Below, piece after piece: positions 1 to 12,465 of a DNA stretch of 64,000 nt. This DNA comes from Octopus vulgaris. Its lineage: Eukaryota. Below the pieces are notes generated by a model that saw only the letters and a list, made by a program, of their open reading frames with translations, ran no database searches and was not told the DNA's origin. Location of the stretch: contig OX597818.1 of NCBI GenBank assembly GCA_951406725.2, forward strand, positions 143,902,001 through 143,966,000, given 5' to 3'. Both the position numbers and the translations under genes were made by a program. How positions within the stretch are numbered: position 1 is the stretch's first letter; every line of letters begins with the position of its first letter.

Positions 1-660
1 CTTTCATGAACTAGGAACAGTGTCCAAACTCGGTCAATGGGTCTCTCATCATGTGACTGTTAAATTAAAGAGTTGCCTTCTACTCATCATTGAAGAGAAA
101 CTTGCTTTCAAACCTCCCCTAGGTAGAGTCATCACAAGTAGTGAAAGTGGGTTCTATATTAATTATATGCAACGAAAACGACAAGGATTAGCTCCAAATG
201 AAAAAGAAGCGTCCATCCCCAAACCAGAAATCCACCAGAAAATACTTATGCCCTGTGTTTGATGGGATTTGAATGGTGCCGTTTATCATGAAGTGTTAAA
301 CCAAAATAAACAGCAATGCAGAGAAACATTGTCGTCAGTTGGAAGCATTGCACAAAAATTTGCAGAAAAAGTGACCACCATTGATGAATTATAGAGCGGT
401 GTTTCTCTTACATGACAATGCAAGACCACATATTGCTCAAGTCACTGAGAAAAAGATTATGGCACTAAATACGGAAGTTTTACCAAGTCTTCCTTACTCT
501 CCTGACCTTGCTACTGTTAACTAATTGTGAAGAGATTAAAAACTATATTGAGTATTTCTTCGCTTCGAAATCTGAAGAATTTTACGCCCGAGGGATCGAC
601 AATTTGTCAGATAGATGGGATTATATTATCAATAAGGAGAAGAAATATTATCTTGATTAA
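1..660 (+). mobile_element. Decayed mariner transposase relic (catalytic half)
   Basis: Broken frames read KP..HQK.LM.CV*WD, LHDNARPH (~408-431) and PYSPDLA (~492-512), with stops and frameshifts. Confidence 0.85.
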
Positions 661-695
661 ATATATGTTGCTTATCAATAACATGGTTTCGAATT

Positions 696-780
696 AGTCC
701 CACTGTGTGACACCTTGGGCGAGTTTCTCGTTCTATAGCCTAATGATTAGATTTGGTAAACGAAAACTGAAAGAAGCTCA
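696..780 (+). mobile_element. Degenerate internal fragment of SINE family A
   Basis: gtcccactgtgtgacaccttgggc...gatttggtaaacgaaaactgaaagaagc matches the copies at 28390-28490 and 31530-31630. Confidence 0.7.
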
Positions 781-1059
781 TGAATAAACCATTGGTTTGA
801 GATTGAAACTATTAACAGGCTTATAATTTATGATGTAGCCTAAAATACGAAAATATTTGGGTCCTTCTTTTGTTACTTGATTTTTCCCATTATTAATTTT
901 TTTCTTTCCTTTTTTCTCTTCATCCTTATTATTGACCGGTGGTTTGTTTTGTTTTAATTCGCTTATGATGTAGTCATGTAAACACACCCAACTCAACATG
1001 AGTAAATGAGTCGCGATCGAGACCTGAGTAAATTGTTGCATATATTATTGCATAATATA

Positions 1060-1200
1060 GCAGTGGGATCCGAGCACTGCAACACCCATGGTAGAAGTGT
1101 GTGGATCACAAGGAGGTCTATGTTGGAAAATAAATCTCATTTGGCCACATTACATGAAAGTATCTTGGTTAGCATATGAGCTTTTCAGCCGTCCTTCGTA
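1060..1200 (+). mobile_element. Mariner 3' end fragment
   Basis: W*KCVDHKEV/YVGK*-like terminus followed by a TIR-like cttttcagccgtccttcg-TA. Confidence 0.55.
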
Positions 1201-1647
1201 CTTATATACATATAAATAAATATGAAATGTTATCAAAATGTTCCCGGGTTATAATTTTAAAAAATAACTCAGTTACCTAAATTTTAACATCGTCATCTTC
1301 GAAATAGTCATTTTGCGCAGCAATGCATCGGCCCCAGCATTCCTTCCACTTTTGGAATCCAGGCTGGAAGTCGTCTTCCGTAAGCGAGGCGAGGGCCTTA
1401 TGCGATTCGCTTTGGATCTCGACAACGGGGTTAAAGTGGTGACCTTTGAGCAGCATTTTCTTCTTGGGGAAGAAAGTAAGACCTGCAGGTGCTAAATCTG
1501 GCGAATACCAGGAGAGCTCAGTCACAGGGTGCATTGTCATCGTGAATGTCCTCCACCAATCGCTTCAAAATGCCACAGTAGAACACTCGATTGACATTAT
1601 TTACATTATTTACAATTGATAGATATTTGTCCTCATCTTGTTTGTTG

Positions 1648-1695
1648 TTAACACAACGTTTCGGCTGATATACCTTCCAGCCTTCATCATGTGTC
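1648..1695 (-). ncRNA. Minimal type I hammerhead ribozyme, degenerate (CUGA mutated to AUGA)
   Basis: Minus strand: gacac-ATGATGA-a-ggctg-gaaggtatat-cagcc-GAAAC-gtt-gtgtt. Stem I is gacac/gtgtt, stem II is ggctg/cagcc, and the palindromic AACGTT can form stem III in a dimer. Confidence 0.7.
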
Positions 1696-1834
1696 TTGGG
1701 GAAATTTCGGACCTAGGTTCTCATTCCTAAGGTATTTTTCATTGTTGTTATTGTTGTTGTTGATGCTTTTACTCTTGCTCTTGCTGTTGTTGTTGTCTTG
1801 CTCTTGCTCTTGTTGATGTTTTATTATTATTCAG

Positions 1835-1903
1835 GTCACTGCTTGGAATCGAACTCAGAATCTTGGGGTTAGTAGTCCGCGCCCTTAACCACTACGCCAT
1901 ATG
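1835..1903 (-). other. tRNA-like Pol III-type segment inside the Penelope-like repeat (partial inverted copy at 2108-2155)
   Basis: Minus strand: A box TGGCGTAGTGG and B box GAGTTCGATTCC with tRNA spacing. Confidence 0.65.
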
Positions 1904-2154
1904 GAGTGAATTTTAGGGCTTATAAATCTAATATTCTCCTATCATTCCTTAATACCGGTTCCCATACGCTGTTCATATCTGCACTCGGTCTGCTTAGGAG
2001 GTTGTTGTGTCCTAGCATATGTGCTGCTTCTTTTAGAACCGGTATTAGGGAAGTATAGGAGAATATCAAATTTATAAGCCCTAAAATTCACTCCATAATT
2101 GCCCACGGGCATATGGCGTAGTTAGTTAAGAGCGCCGGCTACTAACCACAAGAT

Positions 2155-2212
<58 letters not shown>

Positions 2213-2447
2213 GTATCTTAGGATTTGAAATAGAAATCAACAAATGTGGAACCGAAGACCAATAGGTTTGAAATAAAAAGGGGCTGATTACCTAACTCAG
2301 ATAAGAAACATGCGAAATTGATATGAACCTCAATCCTGGAATTCAAGGTTTAACAAACCGAAATCCCCAATAGATGGACACTAGGCATAACAACAAATGA
2401 ATCTGTTGTCGTCTCTGGTGAGACTTGGAGCCAATTGTAAATCAAAC

Positions 2448-2498
<51 letters not shown>

Positions 2499-3031
2499 GA
2501 ACATCGAAAAATACCTTATTTACCCATGAATTGACTTAAGCTGGAGGGTTATCAGCCGAAACAAGTTGAGGACAAATATCCGTCAATTGTAAATATGTAA
2601 ATAATGTAAAATCATCTCGAATGCACAATACTGCGAATTCTCGATGCAATAGGGATGTCAAAAACAACGATGAGCATGCTCTTGATTGAGCTGCGGATCT
2701 GTTGTGCCTTCTATGGTCGTGCAGATGAAGGGCTCTTCCGTTGTGACGATTGTTGCTTCGTCCCAGTGTCGTACCCGTAGACACAACACTCGTCACTGGT
2801 GACAAGAAGGATGGGTCATCATCGGTACGCTGACGAAGATCTTGACAGACTTCGACGTGATGTTCTTTCTGCTCAGTGGCCAGCAGGTGTGGAAAAAAAA
2901 CTTGGTAGGGACACGCCGCTTGTTCAATTAAGACGTTATGATTACCTGCACGGACTCACATGGCAGACCAACCACACCAGCAATGTCGTTGATTGTGCTC
3001 AACTTGTACAAATATAAAGCAAAAGTCAAAC

Positions 3032-3084
<53 letters not shown>

Positions 3085-3650
3085 GCAACATCGTCTTCCA
3101 GGGACGTTCTTCCGTTTTTGAAGCGCCCGTGCCACTCGAAACATTGCGTACGACCCATTGCCTTGTCGCCGTAAGCTTGCTGAAGCATGCTCATGGTCCC
3201 TGTAGCAGACGTGCCAAGTTTAGCGCAAAATTTCACGTTGGCTCTTTGTTCCAACTTCCTGTCCATGACAAAATTGCAGACTACAGCATACACGCAATCA
3301 CAAAAATACAAATTTCACAACTTGCAAAGTAAACACAACAATATCATTTGGTACACTACCTCATGAAGGTCACTGCTAGCTCTCACTGCGTACGCAGCTG
3401 TATGCTGCCATCTTTTGGCGCGCCACAGAACTAGTCTGGGAACTTTTTGATACCCTGTCGTATATATTTATGCATCTGCGCAGTAACATATACATATAAG
3501 TATGTATGTATGTATGTATGTATGTATGTATGTATGTATGTATGTATGTATGTATGTGTGTATGTATGTATGTATGTATGTATGTATGTATGTATGTATG
3601 TATGTATGTCTTCCGTTTTTGAAGCGCCTGTGCCACTCGAAACATTGCGT

Positions 3651-4037
3651 CTTCCTTTGATTCTGACATGCAATGTCTGTGCAAGACCCTGCCTCAGTAA
3701 AGCTGGACTCATGAGTCATCTTCGTAGTCATAAAACGAGACAGATGAGTGGCAACCTGGCCACCGGTGGTGGTGTAACACACCACACTAATCATATCTGT
3801 CGGGCATGTGGAAGAGAGTGTAATTCGGCAGGAGGACTTAAACGACATGCAAAGGTACATGAAGCCCAGTTACAACTACAGCCGGCTATTACCAGTAAAG
3901 GTTTTAGCTGCCAATTCTGTACAAGACATTGTAGATCTTTAGCTGGGCTAAAAAGTCACATTCGATCACAGCATCAACAACAGTTAAGCTTCGTGCAATG
4001 GCCATACTTGATAACGAGGGGGAAGCCATAATAATAA
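3651..4037 (+). mobile_element. 3' end of an RTE-like LINE with three C2H2 zinc fingers
   Basis: CNVCARPCLSKAGLMSHLRSH, CRACGRECNSAGGLKRHAKVH and CQFCTRHCRSLAGLKSHIRSQH, then a short 3'UTR ending in (TAA)n. Confidence 0.7.
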
Positions 4038-4186
4038 TTTATTTATGTATGTATGTATGTATGTATGTATGTATGTATGTATGTATGTATGTATGTATGT
4101 ATGTATGTATGTATGTATGTATGTATGTATGTATGTATGTATGTATGTATGTATTGTTGAATGTATGTATGCTATATGAATGTATG

Positions 4187-4540
4187 TCTTCCGTTTTTGA
4201 AGCGCCTGTGCCACTATTTCGAAACATTGCGTCTTCCTAATTGATTCTGACATGCAATTGTCTGTGCAAGACCCTGCCTCAGTAAAGCTGGACTCATGAG
4301 TCATCTTCGTAGTCATAAAACGAGATAGATGAGTGGCAACCTGGCCACCGGTGGTGGTGTAACACACCATACTAATCATATCTGTCGGGCATGTGGAAGA
4401 GAGTGTAATTCGGCAGGAGGACTTAAACAACATGCAAAGGTACATGAAGCCCAGTTACAAGCATTCAGCCCAGATCTCCAGTCTAAATAAGATTAAATCC
4501 TTGTCTGCCACCACTTTGTACAAGACATTGTAGATCTCAC
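4187..4540 (+). repeat. Degenerate tandem duplicate of 3609-~3940
   Basis: Near-identical to 3609-3940 with scattered 1-2 bp insertions. Confidence 0.85.
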
Positions 4541-4676
4541 TAAATAGTGAGACACAAACGCACGAGCGAGCGCATGCGCATACACACACCACGCGCACAC
4601 ATACACACACACTCACACTCACACTCACACTCACATGCGTGCGTGTGTACAGCCATCATGTATGTATGTATGTATG

Positions 4677-4707
<31 letters not shown>

Positions 4708-5449
4708 GAATTCTAGCTGAAGTTTTTTTTCGAATACACTTAAGCATAATCTTATGTATGTATGTATGTATGTATGTATGTATTATGTATGTATGTATGT
4801 ATGTATGTATGTATGTATGTATGTATGTATTATGTATGTATGTATGTATGTATGTATGTACAATGTATGTATGATGTATTCTTGGTATGTAAATAACGAA
4901 TAAAATTATATATTTAAATATATACATACATGTATAACTATGTAATTGTGTATAAATGTACATATATGTGTATGTGTGTGTGTATGTACGTGCGAGCATA
5001 AATTCAATGTGTCTATATATCTTTGTTACATTCTTTATATATGTGTGTGTGTTGGTATGTATGTGTGTTTGTATGTATGTGAATGCAAACATACGAACGT
5101 GCACACACACAAGAAACCCCATTCCCTATCTCATACACCACACAGAGATAATTAGCTAAATAATTAATCAATAAATGCCGATATTTCGATCTCTATGAAA
5201 CGTATAACAATATAACATTAATTACGAAGGTACCACTATATAGTAATTCGAGGAGCTACAAATATCAGCTAAATCCTTCTCCTATCACTCTCCAGGACCT
5301 GAAAAAATAATAACACATTCGATAATGTAGACCTGGAGACATGTCTCGAAAAAATGACCTGATGGGTATATAGGAATGCCTTTGATCACTTTCACTCTTG
5401 ATCAGGGCTGACCTAGAACAAAACAACAACTAGGGCCCTTCAATATCTG

Positions 5450-5680
5450 TTTCTTTATTACCCACAAGGGGCTAAACACAGAGGGGACAAACAAGGACAG
5501 ACAAACGGATTAAGTCGATTACATCGACCCCAGTGCGCAACTGGTACTTATTTAATCGACCCCGAAAGGATGAAAGGTAAAGTCGACCTCAGTGGAATTT
5601 GAACTCAGAACGTAGCGGCAGACGAAATACCGCAAAGCATTTCGCCCGGCGTTCTAACGATTCTGCCAGCTCGCCGCCTT
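5450..5680 (-). mobile_element. tRNA-derived SINE family B (Meta-domain-like core)
   Basis: Minus strand head aaggcggcgagctggcagaa, B-box-like gagttcaaattcc, and core cctttcatcctttcggggtcgat...aagtacc. Many copies in the window. Confidence 0.85.
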
Positions 5681-6499
5681 CACAAAACGAGCGAAAGATA
5701 AGAGTGGATGAAGGTAAGTTGGTAGCCACATGATGTAGTTTCCACGTGGCGGGAAATCCTTAACGAACTAACGAACCAACTAACTAACCATATAACCTAA
5801 CTTGCCAGCCGTTATCATCACCTGTTCACAATCTACGAACTCACACATATAAACACACACACACACACACACACCCATACATACATATGCGTGTATACAT
5901 GTGTGTGTGTGTTTTACATACGCGAGCATATATGTATAAGAAAAAAAAAATTAAAACAACTTGCACGCTTCACAGTTGACTTACACGTTGTCTGGCGTAT
6001 TGTAAGGCCTTTCTCAATGCCCTATTGAACGGTCCCTAAAGCATGGCAGTGATTCAGTGATGAGCCCGCCTACTATAGTAATCCTCTCGCGAGTATGTAT
6101 GTATAGCATGAGTGTGTGACGTGATTGTTCCTGTACACACACACACGGACACACACGCACACGCAGGTGCACACACAGGCACACACACACACGCGCGCAC
6201 ACACATACGCCCGCGCGCAGCACATAAGCGCACACACAGTAAACAGATATACACACATATATTCTCTGTACACATACATCCCTATATACATGGCTATAGA
6301 AACGCTTATTATTTTCGACACACCTGGATGTCTCCAGTTATAAGTGACCACATACAAGTGTTTTGTGCTCGTTCCAATGCAGCTCGTATTTAGTGTCTTA
6401 GTATGAACGCACATACATATATATATACATACATACATACATATACATACATATATATATATATAGAGAGAGAGAGAGGGGAGCGAGAGAGAGAGAGAT

Positions 6500-6507
6500 T
6501 AGTTAGT

Positions 6508-6551
<44 letters not shown>

Positions 6552-6576
6552 CAGACAGATAGACAGACAGACAGGC

Positions 6577-6607
<31 letters not shown>

Positions 6608-6612
6608 TAGAC

Positions 6613-6710
<98 letters not shown>
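6500..6710. repeat. (AGAT)n/(AGAC)n microsatellite
   Basis: Directly visible. Confidence 0.95.
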
Positions 6711-7138
6711 GTGGTAGTGAGGCTCTAGGCCTTATAAGACTTATGGATCTCTTTAAATAATTACAGCAAAAGGTTTCATGAAAATTGAAACCACATTTTC
6801 CTAATAGTTTGGAGCCACCGCAGGCTTGAGGTCCTGATCTGTAGCTATTTTTCACAATCTACGAACTCACACATATAAACACACACACACACACACACAC
6901 CCATACATACATATGCCTATAAGTGGTGGACATCTACTTCTTGTTAGAACATCTGTCAGGAAAAAGTATACTCAGAAAATCTCAGGGTTACTCACCTTCT
7001 GGGCGTCTCAATCAGTCCCAGGATACCCCGTGGAAAGCTGTTGTCTGCAAAGCATGGCAGTGATTCAGTGATGAGCCCGCCTACTATAGTAATCCTCATC
7101 GCGAGTATGTATGTATAGCAAATCTGTACGTATGGAGC

Positions 7139-9716
7139 GTTTCCAACACATTCTTCATGACTAAGCCGCATCACCAGGTCTCATGGAGGCACCCAAGGTC
7201 CGGACACTAGCACCAACTGGACATGGTCATCACCCGGCGAGCCCACCTCGGCAGTGTGCTTCTCACACGAAGCTACCATGGTGCTGACTGTGATACAGAC
7301 CACTCTTTGGTGTGCAGCAGGGTCCGATTGGCCCCAAAGAAAATCAACCGTCCCGTAGGGAAAAGCCGCCCACGCATCAACACCGCCAGGACAACCAACC
7401 CCGACCTCCGCTCGGAATTCACCAACCGCATGGAGGAGGCCCTTAAAGATCACGCAGCCACCTCATCGAGGAGAGATGGCAGATTATTCGCGACACCACT
7501 TGCAGAATAGCCATGTCATCCCTAGGAAAGAGGGAGCGGAGAAATCAAGACTTGTTTGGAGCTCACCTGCCTGAGATGGAGCCTGTCATTGCTGCCAAGA
7601 GGGAAGCACTGGTCAACTATAAGCGCGACCCATCAGAAAAGAACCTGGCTACTCTGAGAACAGCCAGAAGCGACGCCCAGAGGACGGCCAGACGTTGCGC
7701 CAACATCTACTGGCAGAACTTATGCCAGAACATCCAGTGCTGTGCTGACAGTGGTAACGTGAAAGGGATGTACGAGGGGATGAAGAAAGCATTCGGGCCC
7801 ACTGTCAGAAAGGTTGCTCCACTGAAGTCCAGAGATGGCGAGGTCATCAAGGACCAAGCGAAGCAGATGGAGAGGTGGGTCGAGCATTACCAGAACCTCT
7901 ACTCCACTGAGAATGTGGTCACCAGGTCTGCCCTCGCCGGCATTCCTGCTCTGCCTGTCATGGAGGAGCTTGACCTGCCTCCAACAAAGGAAGAACTGAG
8001 CAAAGCAATTGACTCACTCGCTCGGGGCAAGGCACCAGGGCAAGACGGCATCCCCGCAGAAGTCATCCAGTGCGGGAAGCCAGCCCTTCTGGGCCATCTC
8101 CATGAGCTGCTCTGTCAGTGCTGGGAGGAGGGCTCTGTCCCTAAGGATATGCGTGACGCAAACATCATCACACTGTATAAAAACAAAGGGGACAGAAGCG
8201 ACTGCAATAATTACAGGGGCATATCACTGCTCAGCACTGTCGGTAAGGCATTTGCCAGGGTGGTCCTGAAGAGGTTGCAAATACTTGCAGAGCGTGTGTA
8301 CCCCGAGTCTCAGTCTGGCTTTAGGGCAGAGAGGTCTACAATTGACATGATCTTCTCACTCAGGCAGCTTCAAGAAAAGAGTCGAGAACAGAGACAGCCC
8401 CTATACGTGGCCTTCATCGACCTGGCTAAGGCGTTCGACTCAGTCAGCAGGGAGGGGCTGTTTGCACTCCTGGGTAGGATAGGTTGCCCTCCCAGACTGC
8501 TGAAACTCATCACCTCCTTTCACGACGGTATGCAGGGAACAGTGCAGTTTGACGGATCGCCCTCGGAGTCATTCCCCATCCAGAGTGGAGTGAAACAGGG
8601 TTGCGTTCTGGCGCCGACGCTCTTCGGAATTTTCTTCTCCTTGTCCTGTCCTATGCCTTCAGAACGTCCGACGACGGAGTGTTCCTCCACACCAGGGCTG
8701 ATGGTGGATTGTTCAATCTTGCGCGCCTCAGAGCTAAGACCAAAGTCCGTCAGGTGCTGATCAGAGATATCCTCTTTGCTGACGATGCCGCCCTGACATC
8801 ACACAACCAACCGGGTCTCCAGAGGCTGGTCAGCTCCCTGGCGGATGCCTGCCAAGAGTTCGGCCTTACCATCAGCCTGAAAAAGACAGAGATCATGGGC
8901 CAGGACGTCGGAGGGGTCCCCAGCATCAGTGTCGGCGACCACAGCTTGCAGGTGGTGAATGAGTTCACTTACCTGGGATCGACGGTCTCCAGCAGCCTGT
9001 CCCTCGAGCCGGAGCTGAACAGACGGATTGGGAAGGCTGCTGCTGCCATGGCTAAGCTCTCCAGGAGAGTGTGGGAAAACAACATGCTCACAATAACCAC
9101 CAAGATCGCAGTGTACCGAGCCTGCGTGCTGAGCACCCTACTCTACGGCAGCGAGAGCTGGACAACATACACCCGGCAGGAATGCCGCCTCAGCGGCTTC
9201 CACATGCGGTGTCTTCGACGGATCCTTGGCATCTCCTGGAAGGACCGAGTGCCAAACGGAGTCATCCTGGAACAGACTAATATGCCAAGCATGTATGCCC
9301 TCCTCGTGCGGAGACGACTGCGCTGGCTCGGACACGTCTGCCGCATGCAGGACGGTCGCATGCCTAAAGACATCCTGTACAGCGAACTTACCACGGGATC
9401 CCGACCCAAGGGACGTCCACAGCTACGATACAGGGACGTGTGCAAGCGCGACCTGAGGACTGCCAACATCTGTGTGGACACGTGGGAGAAAACAGCTGCT
9501 GACCGCTCTGCCTGGCGTCGGACGGTGAGGAAAGGCGTTTCCATGGCTGAGGAGAGGAGAGCACAGCTGTGGTTGGACAGGCGGGACAGGAGGAGGACAA
9601 CTGCAGCAACACCCCACACGTACCCATCGATGTTCGTGTGCAGCAACTGTACCAAGGACTGCCACTCTAGAATTGGACTGTTCAGTCACAGCAGACGCTG
9701 CACATCATCAAAGTAG
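7139..9716 (+). pseudogene. RTE ORF (APE-RT), disrupted by frameshifts near ~7475 and ~8640 and by isolated stops
   Basis: ORFs 7223-7510, 7513-8760 and 8601-9716 join into one RTE polyprotein. Confidence 0.9.
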
Positions 9717-9748
9717 GCCCCACCCTTGGGATGAAGATGAAGATGAAG
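7139..9748 (+). mobile_element. 5'-truncated RTE (BovB-like) LINE with 11-bp TSD
   Basis: APE C-terminus (SWRHPRSGH..DCDTDHSLV), RT motifs (KAPGQDGI, NYRGISLL, FIDLAKAFDSV, GVKQGCVLAP, LFADD, YLGS), WLGHV and a terminal C2H2. Tail is (GATGAA)n. TSD acgtatggagc at 7128-7138 and 9749-9759. Confidence 0.95.
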
Positions 9749-10461
9749 ACGTATGGAGCTTCGGATGTTCATCCCTTCTCTGCCAAAATATGGCGATGTA
9801 GAGATTTGGTAGCATCGCTCCTAACTGAGCAGTTCTATCCAGGGGTAACACTGCTCACCTGTTAATGAAGAATGACTTTAAAAGGGTGGCCTAAACAAAG
9901 CTTGTCTGATTCTGGTACTGGCCAACAGCTCCGCAGCTGCCGATTTCCTTTCGTTTCAGGTTTTCATGGTAACACCCAAGTAATTTACAACTTTCCAAGA
10001 AGTGGATATGCTCGGACACGCGTTGTCTTTTTTTCATATATCTAACAATAGTTATACTCCGCTCCACATTATGTAAAGAGTTTCCCTGGCGCATAGGATA
10101 CGTCCATCTCGTTAGACGTTTAGAGATAGCATAGAAACTTTGATAGAACAATTGAAAATGGCGCCTCGGTGTTTAAGTCAGCTGTGGCCACGTGGTTGTT
10201 ATACTATCAATGAGACATCAATTATTTCGAATGTGTAGGTTTGCGAGCCGGCTATTTAGTAGGATGCTGGCACCACTTTGACGACTGGCTACAGTTTGGT
10301 ACATTCAGAAGTATTAGGTACCCACATGGTAGGATCAGTCATCATTTTGTGGATTTGGGGAACATTAGCAGCATCAGTCATTATATGGGGGCATACGTTT
10401 AATGGTGCTAGGCACGTGGCTAACGTGAGTATGTTATAGTTTATACGTTTAGCAAGGATTA

Positions 10462-11661
10462 CACTGGGGAACACGATTTTTGTTGTCCGGTGTTACAGGG
10501 TTGTGTTCCTTGTAATTTTGTGGGTGCTGATTTCAAAAATGAACTCCATTTTGCTCTATCATGTCAAGATTCAGATCTCTATTTTTCAGCATTTCTGGTA
10601 TTGTCATTATTTCTAAGGATAGATTAGTCTTCATCAAATGCAGACCCATATATGGAGCTTGACATAGCTTTGAAAACATAGTTTTTCAATATCATTTAAA
10701 GTAAATGCAGCTACAAAAGTGAAAACAAAAGTCACGATTTAAGTATCTTCAGTAAATAAAATACATCAAACTTGAATAACTTTCACTATTTTCAATCAAA
10801 CTAGTTTTAAATGTTACGATGCTGACAGAAATGTTCTTTATACAGTAAGCTGTTAATAAGCAACACATTTCCGTGGGCCTTGACATCATAAATGTCTCAT
10901 ATTCGTGAAATTTGTCTGCAAGTATGTCCATGTTTGCAGTGATAGTGTGACTATCATTGCAAATTCTCATGAAAATTAGCATTTTGAATGCGCCCTTAAT
11001 GTTTTAATTGCGAGATCACACGGGCCAAAATCACTTTTCGTCACGCATGGTCAAAGAACTATTCAAAGAACCTTATGGTGGGTATGCTCTTCACGGAACT
11101 TTGCCATCGCAAATCTGCATTTGCTTACTTTATAACTGTTGACACTTCTGAAAATGCTTTCCGCAGGTGACAACTGACTTGAGTGTATATTCTGTATTTC
11201 AGTAATATGGCCAGTTGTGAGAGAAGAAAATTCAAAAAGCAGTCCCGATGTCTTCTGCTATATTTGTGTATGTTACAATTTACCTAGGCAGCGAAGCAAA
11301 ATCATAGATTTTATGAAGAAAGTCTATCTTACTTTCTTTGGCATGAAATTGAGTGATCAAGACAAAGTCTGGGCACCCCGTATATATATATATATATAGT
11401 GTGTGTAAAGCATGTATTGAAACACTGAGGCAGTGTCTCTTTCGAATACTATTAAACCATAAACTGTAATATTTGGTTTGTGCTACTTAATGGCAAAATT
11501 GAATTTTTTTTATATATAAAAAAATGAATTCCTGTTTAACAAAAAAACTTGACGTGATAGAATTTTTCTGAAGGCATTTCTGAAGCTAGCACCACCAAAT
11601 TAGGTAGAAATAATTGTAAAAAGCGAGACAACTGGAATTTTTTCGAAAATGTTCCCCAATG
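10462..11661 (+). mobile_element. Internally deleted TIR DNA transposon (TcMar m44-like)
   Basis: Ends cactggggaac and gttccccaatg with further inverted similarity inward. Internal SPDVFCYICV..AY..FGMKLSDQDKVWAP..CKAC is an N-terminal motif I associate with m44-type transposases. Confidence 0.65.
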
Positions 11662-11869
11662 TTAGCAACAAAATGATAAAAGCAACTGACCATCCCTATT
11701 ACTACGGACAACAATACAAATATGCTTATTCAGAGAGTAAGCTTAGAATAAAAACTTTATGTAATATAAGAAAACTAAGCGTGGTTTTGAAATCAGCATG
11801 CCAAGTTTTAGATCAAATCAAGAGAAAAAGTAAATTCAACAGAAATTCTGTTCAAATTTTTACCCCTGT

Positions 11870-12465
11870 GTTATATACCCTGCCAGGGTGCGAAATTTTC
11901 TTCCCACGAGAGTTCCGGACCCCAGTTATGAACTCATTTCCATACAGCCAATCAGAGATTAAATATCAAACTAATTTATGGGCGCATAACAAGTGATGGC
12001 CGATAAGATAAGGTCACTTGGGGGTAATGAATGACCATTCTTTTGTTCTCCTATAATAATGCTTGTTGTTCTTGTTCTTGTGTCAACCATGGCTGCCTCT
12101 GCGTCGTTATTTGTGTTGTTGCTTACTTTGTTAAACAGTAAGGGAGAGAGGGTTGCTAGCACATCACCCTCAACCAACATTTTCCCCATCCACATCTTTA
12201 CCATATGGGGCCCTAACAAGATCCGATAATAGGTATAGATGCAAATCTACCTAATTACTTGTCTCCTTCTAAAATCAGGCATAACTTGGCGATCGGTCGA
12301 CTTACAGCACTGTACCTTCGTCTTGAGTTCACTTGGTACAGTGTGTTTGTTAATTTGACGACAAGGTCAAGGTGACCTCTGATTGACTGTATGCAAATGA
12401 GTTCATTACTGGGGTCCGAAACTCTCGTGGGAAAAAAAACTCGCGCCCGGGTTGGGGGTGGGGAT
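11870..12465. mobile_element. MITE-like element with ~75-bp inverted arms
   Basis: 11883-11957 (cccacgagagttccggaccccagttatgaactcatt..ccaatcagag) is the reverse complement of 12377-12451. Outer ends are approximate. Confidence 0.7.

Larger units (their letters stand above)
1595..2610 (-). mobile_element. 5'-truncated Penelope-like element with inverted pseudo-LTR copy
   Basis: 1595-1960 and 2036-2610 are imperfect inverted copies. The centre on the minus strand reads KEAAHMLGHNNLLSRPSADMNSVWEPVLR, resembling a GIY-YIG C-terminus. The arms carry a tRNA-like segment and a hammerhead core. Confidence 0.7.
1221..3462 (-). mobile_element. Full-extent decayed mariner DNA transposon, interrupted by a Penelope-like insertion and (TAA)n
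   Basis: Imperfect TIRs tatgaaatgttatcaaaatgttccc (1221) and gggaactttttgataccctgtcgta (ending 3462). Minus strand reads MDRKLEQRANVKFCAKLG..WHGRFKNGRTSLEDD, then VTSDECCVYGYD, then YSPDLAP..WGRCIAAQNDYFE. Confidence 0.9.

Noticed and set aside
1835-1903. Functional tRNA gene (also 53919-53990)
   Set aside because: A and B boxes are present but there is no convincing acceptor stem or terminator, and both lie within repeats.
3447-4031. Host C2H2 zinc-finger gene
   Set aside because: No TGEKP linkers, the N-terminus is microsatellite plus mariner sequence, and it ends in a LINE-type (TAA)n tail.
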